A stretch of 64,000 bases of DNA from contig CAMVGV010000010.1 in NCBI GenBank assembly GCA_947167135.1, forward strand, positions 2,237-66,236, given 5' to 3'. A program made the translations under genes and the position numbers. This document shows positions 9,301 to 17,919 of the stretch, in pieces (the stretch's first letter is position 1; the number at the start of each line of letters is the position of its first letter). The notes under the pieces are model-generated. The model was not told where the DNA came from and made no database searches. It was given only the letters and a program-made list of their open reading frames with translations. This DNA is from an uncultured Lachnospiraceae bacterium. GTDB lineage: Bacteria; Bacillota; Clostridia; Lachnospirales; Lachnospiraceae.

Positions 9301-10309
9301 CAGATGACTCGGATATCTCTTCTACCGTGTCGGATCCGAAGTCCATGAACATATCGATATTTCCACCGGAGTATTGGCTTCCTTCTCCGCTCTCTTCATC
9401 CGCTTCATTATCAGACAGTGAGTCCTCAGCCTTGTTTTCGGAAACCTTCTTTTCCGGATCCTCATCCTCGTCTTCTTCAATTACCGCTATGGAATTCCCT
9501 AAAACCTCATTCTCGGAAAGAGTCAGCTCCAACCCCACCTCGGGTACGGTATTTTCGGACAGGCTCTCCTCCGCAGCGTTTCCGGATAATGAAGCCACTT
9601 CCATATTGTTCTCAGATACGCCTTCTAAGGCCTCCTCCTGTATCTCATTATCCCCGGCAGCCAGCAGAGCGTTATTCTCTGCCTGTCCTACGATCTCATT
9701 TCCTGACTCGCTGTTTTCTGCCGGGAGACCGCTGTTCGTATCGACAGTCCCACCGTCTTCTATGATCTGACCGTCAGCCTGTTCTGCCGTCTGTACTTCG
9801 GACTGCGCAGTCTGCTGCTCCGGCTGCGCGGTCTGCTGCTCATTTTGCGCAGTCTGCCGGTCCTGCTGCACGGTCTCCTCAGCCTGCCGGTTCTGCTGCT
9901 CTTCCTGCTGTTCGGTCTGCGGTTCCGACTGCTCCTCCGGCTGTTCAGACTGCTGCTCTTCCTGTTGCTGCTCCTGCTGTTCAGACTGCTGCTCTTCCTG
10001 CTGTTCTGTCTGTTCTTCCTCCTGCTGTTCAGTATGCTCTTCCGGCTGCTCTGACTGTTCGGATTGCTGCTCTTCCTGCGGTTCCTCTTCCCCGGAGCTG
10101 CCCTCCCCGCTTCCTTCCTCCTGTGCTCCGAGTACCGGAGCCTCTTCTGCCGGTGCTTCTCCGCCTTCAGTTCCCTCTGGAACCTGAGTGGCGAGAAGAG
10201 CTTCATCCATCTCACCGGAATAAGGCTCTGCAAAAACAGAACCTGAAACCGAAGAGAAAATAAGGGATGCTATTAAAATGATCGATAATTTTCTGAAACG
10301 TTTTTTCAT
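6317..10309 (-). CDS. Giant secreted papain-like (C1 family-like) cysteine peptidase domain protein with acidic Q/E-rich region and C-terminal Ig-like repeats
   Basis: Signal peptide MKKRFRKLSIILIASLIFSSVSGSVFA, then about 150 aa of EEQQSEQ low complexity. The putative catalytic Cys is in KLCWAYTAAA and the His in DHTVALVGWDD, followed by FWISYED. Repeated YTGK(P/A)I.P segments and a Ser/Thr tail follow. No LPXTG. Confidence 0.65.
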   Translation of the reverse strand: MKKRFRKLSIILIASLIFSSVSGSVFAEPYSGEMDEALLATQVPEGTEGGEAPAEEAPVLGAQEEGSGEGSSGEEEPQEEQQSEQSEQPEEHTEQQEEEQTEQQEEQQSEQQEQQQEEQQSEQPEEQSEPQTEQQEEQQNRQAEETVQQDRQTAQNEQQTAQPEQQTAQSEVQTAEQADGQIIEDGGTVDTNSGLPAENSESGNEIVGQAENNALLAAGDNEIQEEALEGVSENNMEVASLSGNAAEESLSENTVPEVGLELTLSENEVLGNSIAVIEEDEDEDPEKKVSENKAEDSLSDNEADEESGEGSQYSGGNIDMFMDFGSDTVEEISESSDARLAELASSGEAELSSIASEQSRYLGSYDEYFDKSISYVLKDASGNDSTSDNKLCWAYTAAALADINMTKKGLRKKGDKTSADPLQIAQATYNQYRYDSYGETWKKTSDTPYFDKDSLSEKKKSGSNVFNHYWDYTGIFDRDRYDTHSDSPDSVSNNGFPVMKVTDERFVNSASGNLLFATFNYERWASPYMKGEEGGNNVIDDEDVINYEADTSGVGAQLKNAYWVPSTDIDAIKAMIVDHGAVGIQMRRTANGKNGQISGFKPAATEDKETNQYEYIPLYNGYKADHTVALVGWDDSVAIGNFKKWTIGDRKNIQPARTGAFLAVSSTVAKPGEGNDYLGYDHFWISYEDAAFKAYNNKYRYAVAYDFVKNDTSDYSYGYDGSNYFNSYSTKKVYGIFKSGHSGKTNSGNVEVLKSVGVGIQDSGRYRLTIYSGYDPSGDRYLNQFEVLTQQVELSYPGYHTIELDEPILFYKNDMVSVCFERVDATDFHMLVDGFYDKDRAGYSSKNSESDRMLGCSIASENGVIFSSYTNGTRTGAESFFMSVSGNNKPIQGSAIPYNDSTSRYMGITPRMRLYTSDLKVPGNIDQTMLDIKLKKYIWTHTGKAITPIPEVLVDFNMTPAGIQKDRGGKEYPEALVMYNKIGGVESHYNYVGVNNKDEGIAAVIVRGKGDIFSGEISVPFKIVKDQLNISKCKIEGLEPQEYSEGEGKALTRIYDDIKNNMIVKYYVSETKHYVTLTEGIDYTVGSIEGNNVKGKKLTVMVTGIGTFKNTVKPKFKLQKAKDKKPISDRSISVNLKFEDRERTVEWNEEDHIGDLPEINYTGKKIKPEVVSIYDAETGKKLEPGIDYNVKIKYKKNKNAGMAQIIIKAAKGGPYSGKVTRYFMIKPTHVTTDAVVKFQKSSYKYTGKPIKAIPKVTLYGKKLKKGNMYVDYSNNTGSSSGTATAQGIVFGKGRYTGYMGYGNFTITAGTTTKTSSTSSSSSTTSSSSTK

Positions 10310-10363
10310 TTTTGAAAGCCTAATAAAAATTTGCTAAAACCGCAATACTAACAACCCGATGGA

Positions 10364-10414
10364 AAGATTCTTCGCTGTCGCTCAGAATGACAGAGTGCTG
10401 TCGCTCAGAATGAC
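10364..10414. repeat. REP-like units (2 copies)
   Basis: GATTCTTCGCTGTCGCTCAGAATGACAG followed by TGTCGCTCAGAATGACAG, in the intergenic gap between two secreted-protein genes. Confidence 0.8.
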
Positions 10415-10493
10415 AGTATTATACAACAAAACAAGTATAGCAACAAAATCTTAATATTTGCTTAAAAAATAAATGAAAATATAAAAATCTTTC

Positions 10494-12158
10494 TTACGCC
10501 TTGTATTTTACGACAATTTTTGTCGGTACCGTTTCTGCATCGGCTCCCCGTGCTTTGAGTGAATAAGCAAGGGTATATTTTTTCCCGGAAATAACCTTGC
10601 TTTTGTCGATCACTATGCGTATTCTGGCGGTCTGCCCCCATCTGTCTATGGTCCATTCCGCCCTGAATGCGGCATTATTTGTAAGATCCTTTATGGAAGC
10701 CCAGTCAATTGCAGCGTATTTGGGCGAAATGACTCTCAGTTCAATAGTCCCCGCTACATGATTATCGGATAAAGTTTCATTGACCTTTAGTGAATTCCCG
10801 CTTACGAAGGTTGTTTTAATCTTTGTTGATTTCTTTTTTGCCCTGACCGTCGCGGTCTGCTCCATACTGCCGACATCCATTCCCGGAGCCTGCAGCAGCA
10901 TATTGAAGCCAAATGAATCATTTCCGCGGCGGAGAACCGCACCGTTCTTCGCGCAGACATAAAAGTCCGTGACTTCCTTTGTATCCGGAGCATATGTCTT
11001 CTTTATCGTATAGTTTTCCGAGAGACTTCCTTCCCTGAAGCTCACATCATTTACAACAAAACCCGTGTTCTTCGTAAGAGGCCTGTAGTGCAGAGCCGTG
11101 CCGTTCCTGTCTGAAAGGTTAAGAGCGCTCCCCTTAAGCTTTTTTAGCTTCACGTTCTTCGGTTTGTCCGTTACCTTTACATTGAATTTTCTCTTCACGG
11201 CCTTTATCTGCGTACTGTCAGTGTACATCAGCCATAATGTCACAGGATAATTCTTATTCAGCTTCACACCCTTCCCGGCAGTGATCTTTACGGTATTTTC
11301 GTTCTGCAGCCGGATATTCAGGCAGGCCGGAACCTTTGGCTTATATCTTTCATTTCCCGAAAGAGGGACGATGGATACGCCGTCAATATTCGGCGTGTTG
11401 AGTGCAAATTCCCCCTTAACCGAATTACTCAAAGTAATCGTCTGGCTCTTCCACTTTACCGGAGGATTCTTCTTTTTCACTGATATAATCAGCTTCAGCT
11501 TATTGAGCTCTTTTCCGTTCATCCGGTTTCTGGGCGTAATGGTAAGCTTCGTGCTGCCCCGCGCTGAAGAGGAGTTCACCGACACTGAGATGCGGTAAGC
11601 CGGCAGACCGTTATATGAGAGTTTATTTACGGATATTCCAAATCCTGCTCCGGTCAGACCGGACAGCTCATAATCGCCGTCAACATTGAAGACAATGTAG
11701 GTATCGTCGCTTACCGAGCGTCTCATTCCGTTCAGTACCAGCTTTTTCTTCGTCAGAAAGGCGCAAGGCTTTGTAAAATCCGCACTTAAGGATCCGACGG
11801 TAATGCCGTCTATTGAAGCTATCTCCCAGTCTTCTTTTACCCTTTCGCTCTTATTTTCGGAAACCTCATTTCCTGAGGTGCTGTTGTCTGAAAGGCTGTT
11901 ATCGGAAGGACTGTTGCCGGAAAGACTGTTGTCAGAGGGGCTGTTATCTGAAAGACTGTTATCGGAAGGGCTCTCCTCCCCCGATACCGTATCATTATCC
12001 ATAGATACACTGTCTTCCGCAGCAGCTTCTCCCGCAGTGATCAGATTAGCAGAAAGCTCCTCCGCCCGGATGGAGGGAAGAGAAGAAAAGGACGCTGAAA
12101 ATAATATGATAAATGCCAGAAGTACGGCTGTTCGCTTCTTCAGATAATGAAATAACAT
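10494..12158 (-). CDS. Secreted protein of unknown function
   Basis: Signal peptide (LLAFIILFSASFSSLPSIRA), an SPSDNSLSDN low-complexity repeat, then a beta-rich K/T/V-rich sequence. I recognise no motif. Confidence 0.6.
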   Translation of the reverse strand: MLFHYLKKRTAVLLAFIILFSASFSSLPSIRAEELSANLITAGEAAAEDSVSMDNDTVSGEESPSDNSLSDNSPSDNSLSGNSPSDNSLSDNSTSGNEVSENKSERVKEDWEIASIDGITVGSLSADFTKPCAFLTKKKLVLNGMRRSVSDDTYIVFNVDGDYELSGLTGAGFGISVNKLSYNGLPAYRISVSVNSSSARGSTKLTITPRNRMNGKELNKLKLIISVKKKNPPVKWKSQTITLSNSVKGEFALNTPNIDGVSIVPLSGNERYKPKVPACLNIRLQNENTVKITAGKGVKLNKNYPVTLWLMYTDSTQIKAVKRKFNVKVTDKPKNVKLKKLKGSALNLSDRNGTALHYRPLTKNTGFVVNDVSFREGSLSENYTIKKTYAPDTKEVTDFYVCAKNGAVLRRGNDSFGFNMLLQAPGMDVGSMEQTATVRAKKKSTKIKTTFVSGNSLKVNETLSDNHVAGTIELRVISPKYAAIDWASIKDLTNNAAFRAEWTIDRWGQTARIRIVIDKSKVISGKKYTLAYSLKARGADAETVPTKIVVKYKA

Positions 12159-12204
12159 CTTGTTATGTCTACTTTACATATATTGTTAACATAACAATAC
12201 CATA

Positions 12205-12390
12205 CGAAAACCGGCTCCGCAAGTGGAAAATACAAAATCAACCCCTCTTTAAGACCCCGGTTGCCCCACGTCACATGGGAGGTTCCGCTTAGTGCTGCTT
12301 CGTTCCCGACCTGACACGGTTCACGGATTCCCATTGCATGGGACCGGAGTCCTAAAGAGAGGTTGATCACTCTTCCCGTTCTTTAACGAC
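12205..12390 (-). ncRNA. ffs: Signal recognition particle RNA (ends approximate)
   Basis: The minus strand contains GUGUCAGGUCGGGAACGAAGCAGCACUAAGCGG, matching the conserved helix-8 motif CAGGUCCGGAAGGAAGCAGC. The flanks pair into a long hairpin (GAUCAACCUCUCUUUAGG with CUUAAAGAGGGGUUGAUU; GACUCCGGU with ACCGGGGUC). A consensus promoter lies just upstream. Confidence 0.8.
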
Positions 12391-12396
12391 TTATGA

Positions 12397-12425
12397 ATTA
12401 TAGAGTTTTAGGGTTTAATTGTCAA
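12397..12425 (-). promoter_or_regulatory. Consensus SigA promoter for SRP RNA
   Basis: The minus strand reads TTGACA (12425-12420), a 17-nt spacer, then TATAAT (12402-12397). Confidence 0.75.
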
Positions 12426-12548
12426 TTCGTCTATAACCCGCCAAAACTTCCCTGACTGCCTCGTCCACAGCACTTTCGGTGGGATGTTTCCTGTTGCAGC
12501 TCCCGGAGGATGCAGGATCCGCCGCAGTTTGTTATAATACATACGATC

Positions 12549-13035
12549 ATGAAAGAACACACAACCGATATGACAAACGGGGATACGGTGAGGCATCTTA
12601 TTCTCTTCGCCCTGCCTTCCCTTATAGGCAATGTTTTCCAGCAGATCTACAATATCGCCGACTCCATCATCGTTGGGCGTTTCGTAGGTTCGGTGGCTCT
12701 TGCTGCGGTGGGATCCACGGGTTCCGTCGCCTTTCTGTTCTTCGCGCTCTGTAATGGGATCGGCAGCGGCGGCGGCATAATCGCTTCACAGTTTTACGGT
12801 GCCCGGGATGACAAAAGAGTGAAGTCTGCCATAGTCAATACCGCGGAGATGCAAGGAACAGGATAGAACAGCTTATCCATCAGCCCTTCACCACTCTGGG
12901 TGCCTCTATTGCCACCTTCTGCTGTCCGCTGTGATGATACTTACCATGCAGCTTTTCGGCGGAGCCATCACCGGTCTTTTCGTAACGGATCCTGAAGTTA
13001 TAGCCTTAACTGGATCGATCCACGTTCCAAAAGGT
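12549..13035 (+). pseudogene. MATE-family efflux transporter remnant (frameshifted and truncated)
   Basis: MKEHTTDMTNGDTVRHLILFALPSLIGNVFQQIYNIADSIIVGRFVG...QFYGARD is a typical MATE N-terminus but stops at 12866. The +1 frame continues with ...LFGGAITGLFVTDPEVIAL... and stops at 13035. About two thirds of a normal MATE protein of about 450 aa is missing. Confidence 0.75.
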
Positions 13036-13106
13036 TAAAAAAGATAAGCCTTGAATAGTTACCTTGAATTTAACAAACATCAGTAAATCGTGTATCATTA
13101 ATCATT

Positions 13107-14696
13107 ATGAAGAGCAAACAAAAGGTCAGACCGCAGACAATTGCAATAATAGTCGTGATGACAGTAGCAATATTACTGCTTTTGCATCAGGCATTTCTAC
13201 GGATCCGTGTGCTGTACACGGAACAGCTCTACGCCAATGCCCTGGAGCTCAGACAGCATTTCCTGGAAAACACCGTGAATAATCTGGTCGAGGATATAGT
13301 CACGGAAAGAGCCGTTCGCACAAAGGAGTATGAGGATCAGGTGGAGAGCTGCCGGGACTATGTCCACCTCATTGCGGAGGAAGCGGGAAGCAGCGCGGCA
13401 AAGGAGGTCAAGGACTACTTTGACGGGCGGCCCGACAGCCGGAACTGGACCTATATGGCCTATAATACGGACACTAATGAGGTTCTCTACGATTCCGACG
13501 GCCTTCTCGGAGATGCCTGGGGCGGGAATGAGGAGGAGCTGAAGAACAGCTTTATTTCCTCAGACAGCTTCAATGTGGGAAATACCGCTATTATTTACGG
13601 CATTACCAGACAGACCATGGATGATGTCGTGAGAAAGAGCATCACCCAGAAGGTCATGTACAATGAGTTCGACGGCAATACCTGGATATGGATAAATGAG
13701 ATAAGGAACTATAACGGCGGGAAGAACTATGCGGTCCGGGTGGTGAATCCCGAAGAAAAGGGAACGGATGGGAGACTCCTTTCCACGGACGAAAGGGATG
13801 CCGATGGAAAGGAATACCTTAAGGATGAGCTCGACAGGCTTCAGGATCTGGGTGAATGCCATTACACCTACTCTATAAAAAGCGGCGATGGCGGCAGTAC
13901 CCCGCGGCTTGTTTTTTCCAGACTTTTCAGGGATTACAACTGGATAGTCAGCATGGGCTCCAATATGGACGACATCGCGATCTATGTCCGGAACACAAAT
14001 GCTCCCGTTGAGCAGTATATGATAAAGTTCGAGCTTGTGGTGGCTGTTATTTTCCTGCTGCTTTTAGCTTTTATGGTTGTAATGACCCTGAGATCCGACA
14101 GGGTATTTTCCCTGAAGATCACGAAAAAGCTGAAGCACCAGGTGGAAAGGGATGCCCTCACGAAAGCCACCAGCCGCCAGTACGGCGAAGAAAGGCTGAA
14201 GCAGTTCTTCGAAGCTTATAAAAAGGGAAAGCCAAGCCCTGCCATTATGCTTCTGGATGTTGATCACTTCAAAGAGATTAACGATACCTACGGGCATGAC
14301 GTCGGGGACGTGGTGCTTAAAAGGGTTGTTACGAGTCTGTACCACACATTCAGAAAGTCGGATTACCTGATAAGGTGGGGCGGCGACGAATTCGTCGGAG
14401 TCTACCTGGGACTTAATGAGGATGATGTCACGATGGTCGCGAAGAAGGTTATGGATGCGGTCCATGCAGTAAAGGTCAAAACCGATGACGGAACCGAGCT
14501 GTCAATGACCGCCTCTGTGGGGATAGCCGAGTTTGCCGTATCCGACACCGAATATATGGACGGCATCAAGCGTGCCGATAATATGCTTTATGAATCAAAG
14601 GCCGGCGGGCGCGACCAGTTCCACATAGCAAAAAAGAACGCTGTCATCGACGAAAGCAAGCAGAGCGACAAGCTCGCAAGAGGAAAGACCGGCTGA
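13107..14696 (+). CDS. Diguanylate cyclase (GGDEF) with N-terminal TM and Cache-like extracytoplasmic sensor domain
   Basis: The C-terminal domain has LLDVDHFKEINDTYGHDVGD and RWGGDEFVGVY (GGDEF active site). Two TM segments bracket a periplasmic region of about 270 aa. Confidence 0.88.
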   Translation: MKSKQKVRPQTIAIIVVMTVAILLLLHQAFLRIRVLYTEQLYANALELRQHFLENTVNNLVEDIVTERAVRTKEYEDQVESCRDYVHLIAEEAGSSAAKEVKDYFDGRPDSRNWTYMAYNTDTNEVLYDSDGLLGDAWGGNEEELKNSFISSDSFNVGNTAIIYGITRQTMDDVVRKSITQKVMYNEFDGNTWIWINEIRNYNGGKNYAVRVVNPEEKGTDGRLLSTDERDADGKEYLKDELDRLQDLGECHYTYSIKSGDGGSTPRLVFSRLFRDYNWIVSMGSNMDDIAIYVRNTNAPVEQYMIKFELVVAVIFLLLLAFMVVMTLRSDRVFSLKITKKLKHQVERDALTKATSRQYGEERLKQFFEAYKKGKPSPAIMLLDVDHFKEINDTYGHDVGDVVLKRVVTSLYHTFRKSDYLIRWGGDEFVGVYLGLNEDDVTMVAKKVMDAVHAVKVKTDDGTELSMTASVGIAEFAVSDTEYMDGIKRADNMLYESKAGGRDQFHIAKKNAVIDESKQSDKLARGKTG

Positions 14697-14888
14697 TCTC
14701 CCGCGGGTAAGCCGCCGGATGACGCTTTAATCATAAAAATGACGAAAATTTTTGATTATTTCAGTTTTTTTTGTAAAAAATATACACAAAACGTCTCTTT
14801 AGTTGTATAATCACTAAGTATAGATTGCTGAATTTTGTAGCTATTTCAGCAGTCATATCTGATTTTTAGAAAATATGAGGTGATGCTG

Positions 14889-16157
14889 ATGATCAAAAAA
14901 GAGATAATCGCCATGCTACTGGCAGGAGGACAGGGCAGCAGACTCGGAGTCCTGACAACGCATATGGCCAAGCCCGCAGTGCCCTTCGGGGGGAAATACA
15001 GGATCATTGATTTCCCTTTGAGCAACTGCATCAATTCCGGAATAGATACAGTGGGCGTACTTACCCAGTATCAGCCCCTGAAGCTGAATTCTCATATAGG
15101 TATCGGAACCCCCTGGGATCTGGACCGGTACATCGGCGGTGTTACCGTACTTCCACCCTTTGAAAAGAATGTAAACAGCGAGTGGTACACCGGAACAGCC
15201 AATGCCATATTGCAGAATATCGAATATATGGAGAGCTACAATCCGGATTATGTGCTGATCCTCTCCGGCGACCATATCTACAAGATGGACTATGAGGTGA
15301 TGCTGGACTTCCACAAGGAGAATGACGCCGATGTAACGATCGCCGCCATGCCGGTTCCCATGGAGGAGGCAAAGCGCTTCGGAATAGTGATCACCGATGA
15401 CAACAGAAAGATAACCGATTTCGAGGAGAAGCCCGAGCATCCGAGGAGCAATCTGGCTTCCATGGGCATTTATATCTTCTCCTGGAGCGTGCTTAAGGAA
15501 GCACTCATCGCACTCGCCGACCAGTCCAGTCTGGATTTCGGAAAGCATGTGATCCCCTACTGCCACGAAAAGAAGCAGCGGCTCTTTGCTTACGAATACA
15601 ACAGCTACTGGAAGGATGTGGGAACATTGAATTCCTATTGGGAAGCCAATATGGAGCTTATCGACATCATTCCCGAATTCAATCTGTACGAAGAGTACTG
15701 GCGGATCTTCACCAAGAGCGAGATCGTGACTCCCCAGTTTATCGGAAACGAGTCCGAGATAGAAAAGAGTATCATCGGAGAGGGCAGCCAGATCTTCGGG
15801 AAGGTCTACAATTCCGTTCTTGGCTGCGGTGTCACCATAGGGAAAAACACCGTTGTCCGCGATTCCATCATTATGAACGGCACGGTTATCGGAGAGAACT
15901 GCAACATAGAAAAAGGCATTATCGCCGAAGAAGCCATCATAGGTGACCGCGTGAACATCGGCAGCGGGGAAGAGGTGGAAAACGAGACCGATCCCACGAT
16001 CTACACCCACGGTCTGGTCACGATTGCGGAGAAGTCGGAAATACCTTCCGGATTGACAGTAGGCAAGAATTCCGTTCTGTCCGGCGTTTTCACCATTGAT
16101 GAATTCGCGGACGAAACCGTTTCTTCCGGAAAAACCGTTATAAAGGAGGAAAGATAG
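14889..16157 (+). CDS. glgC: Glucose-1-phosphate adenylyltransferase
   Basis: [43 protein letters not shown] is the GlgC signature. The start is chosen at MIKKEI, 8 nt after GAGGTG; alternative in-frame starts exist at 14880 and 14883. Confidence 0.92.
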   Translation: MIKKEIIAMLLAGGQGSRLGVLTTHMAKPAVPFGGKYRIIDFPLSNCINSGIDTVGVLTQYQPLKLNSHIGIGTPWDLDRYIGGVTVLPPFEKNVNSEWYTGTANAILQNIEYMESYNPDYVLILSGDHIYKMDYEVMLDFHKENDADVTIAAMPVPMEEAKRFGIVITDDNRKITDFEEKPEHPRSNLASMGIYIFSWSVLKEALIALADQSSLDFGKHVIPYCHEKKQRLFAYEYNSYWKDVGTLNSYWEANMELIDIIPEFNLYEEYWRIFTKSEIVTPQFIGNESEIEKSIIGEGSQIFGKVYNSVLGCGVTIGKNTVVRDSIIMNGTVIGENCNIEKGIIAEEAIIGDRVNIGSGEEVENETDPTIYTHGLVTIAEKSEIPSGLTVGKNSVLSGVFTIDEFADETVSSGKTVIKEER

Positions 16158-16160
16158 TCT

Positions 16161-17279
16161 ATGAGAGCGATAGGTATAATTCTTGCCGGCGGCAATAATC
16201 ACCGGATGAAGGAACTGACAAAGAAACGCGCCATTGCGGCAATGCCCATAGCCGGAAGCTACAGGGGTATAGATTTCGCCCTGAGCAATATGACAAATTC
16301 CCATATACAGAAGGTCGGTGTATTTACCCAGTACAATGCCAAGTCCCTGACCCAGCACCTTTCCTCATCGAAATGGTGGGATTTCGGACGAAAGCAGGGT
16401 GGACTTTTCGTGTTCACTCCGTCCATGACCAGCGACCACTCCTTCTGGTCAAGGGGAACGGCGGATTCCATCTACCAGAACATCTCCTTCCTTAAGGACA
16501 GCCACGAGCCCTATGTGATAATCGCATCCGGCGACTGTGTCTACAAGATGAATTACAATAAGGTCCTTGAGTACCACATCGCAAAGAAGGCCGATATCAC
16601 CGTGGTATGCAAGGAGCTTCCGGCCAGTGAGAATGTGGAGAGATTCGGTGTTCTCACCATGAATGAGGACCAGAGGATCGTCGACTTTGAAGAGAAGCCC
16701 GTGGAGGCCAAGGGACGGACCATTTCCTGCGGAATCTACGTTATCCGCCGCCGCCAGCTTATCGAGCTTATCGAAAAGGCCGAGGAAGAGGACCGCCACG
16801 ACTTTGTTTCCGATATTCTGGTGCGTTACAGGAACCAGAAGCGTATATACGGCTACAAGATAGACAGCTACTGGAAGAACATCGCTACGGTAAATGATTA
16901 TTTCAGGACAAATATGGACTTCTTAAAGCCGGAGGTGCGGGACTACTTCTTTAACCAGTATCCGGATGTATATTCAAAGGTAGACGATCTGCCTCCCGCG
17001 AAGTATAATGTGGGAAGCCAGGTACATAACAGTCTCGCGTCCTCCGGCTGCATTATAAACGGCACAGTGCAGGATTCGGTACTCTTCAAGAAGGTTTTCG
17101 TCGGGAATAACTGCTTCATAAAGAATTCCATCATTCTTAATGATGTGTATATCGGAGACAATACCCATATTGAGAACTGTATCGTGGAGAGCCATGGCAC
17201 CATAAGGGCAAATTCCTACTACAAGGGTGAGAACGGGGTTCAGATAGTAATAGAACGAAGCGACCGTTTCTTCTTATAA
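16161..17279 (+). CDS. glgD: Glucose-1-phosphate adenylyltransferase regulatory subunit GlgD
   Basis: A paralogue of GlgC (ILAGGNNHRMKELTKKRAIAAMPIAGSYRGIDFALSNMTNS) immediately downstream, as in the Firmicutes glgCD arrangement. Confidence 0.88.
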   Translation: MRAIGIILAGGNNHRMKELTKKRAIAAMPIAGSYRGIDFALSNMTNSHIQKVGVFTQYNAKSLTQHLSSSKWWDFGRKQGGLFVFTPSMTSDHSFWSRGTADSIYQNISFLKDSHEPYVIIASGDCVYKMNYNKVLEYHIAKKADITVVCKELPASENVERFGVLTMNEDQRIVDFEEKPVEAKGRTISCGIYVIRRRQLIELIEKAEEEDRHDFVSDILVRYRNQKRIYGYKIDSYWKNIATVNDYFRTNMDFLKPEVRDYFFNQYPDVYSKVDDLPPAKYNVGSQVHNSLASSGCIINGTVQDSVLFKKVFVGNNCFIKNSIILNDVYIGDNTHIENCIVESHGTIRANSYYKGENGVQIVIERSDRFFL

Positions 17280-17282
17280 AGA

Positions 17283-17870
17283 ATGTATATTATCGCAGGA
17301 CTGGGAAATCCGGGTTCAAAATATAACGGCACAAAACACAACGTTGGCTTTGAGACCATTGATATTTTATCGGACCGTTTCGGGATTTCCCTGGATTTTG
17401 AAAAATACAGGGCAATATGCGGAAAAGGGCTTATCGAAGGAGAGAAGGTGCTCCTTGTTAAGCCCCTTACTTTCATGAACCTTTCGGGCCAGGCCATACG
17501 GGAGGTTCTTTCCTATTATAAAGCTGATATCTCCGCAGACCTTATAGTGATCTCTGATGACGTCAATCTCGAGCCGGGAAGGATCCGTGTGAGGCCCTCC
17601 GGAAGTGCGGGAGGCCATAACGGGCTGAAGAACATTATCGCAGAGACCGGATCGGACAGCTTCGCAAGGGTTCGTATCGGAGTAGGTCTGAAGCCCCACA
17701 ACTGGGATCTGGCCGACTGGGTTCTGTCTCCCTTTGACATACAGTCGCGGGCTGCCGTGGAACAGGCGGAGATCCGGGCTGCCGGTGCAGTGGTGAGTAT
17801 TATTAAAGATGGCTGTGATAAGGCGATGAACGACTATAACGCAGCGGAAAGCTCCTTAGGCGATGCTTAG
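17283..17870 (+). CDS. pth: Peptidyl-tRNA hydrolase
   Basis: MYIIAGLGNPGSKYNGTKHNVGF...GHNGLKNI... are the Pth motifs. Confidence 0.92.
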   Translation: MYIIAGLGNPGSKYNGTKHNVGFETIDILSDRFGISLDFEKYRAICGKGLIEGEKVLLVKPLTFMNLSGQAIREVLSYYKADISADLIVISDDVNLEPGRIRVRPSGSAGGHNGLKNIIAETGSDSFARVRIGVGLKPHNWDLADWVLSPFDIQSRAAVEQAEIRAAGAVVSIIKDGCDKAMNDYNAAESSLGDA

Positions 17871-17919
17871 TGGTCATTTTAGCCTTAGCGGGGTGGTTTC
17901 CCATAGGAGATAAAACATT

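Noticed and set aside
9760-10233. 157-aa Arg/Ser-rich ORF and several plus-strand Leu/Phe-rich ORFs in the 9.1-10.2 kb region
   Set aside because: They are alternative frames of the GAA/CAG-rich low-complexity segment of the 1330-aa gene, so their openness is a compositional artefact.
14916-16358. 480-aa minus-strand ORF antisense to glgC/glgD
   Set aside because: It is a shadow ORF opposite two strongly supported genes. Its composition is low-complexity and His/Gly/Leu-rich and it has no motif. The same logic rejects 3747-4244, 21854-22441, 26069-26596, 26716-27255, 34636-35583, 42038-42712, 44868-45461, 50677-51348 and 6854-7603.
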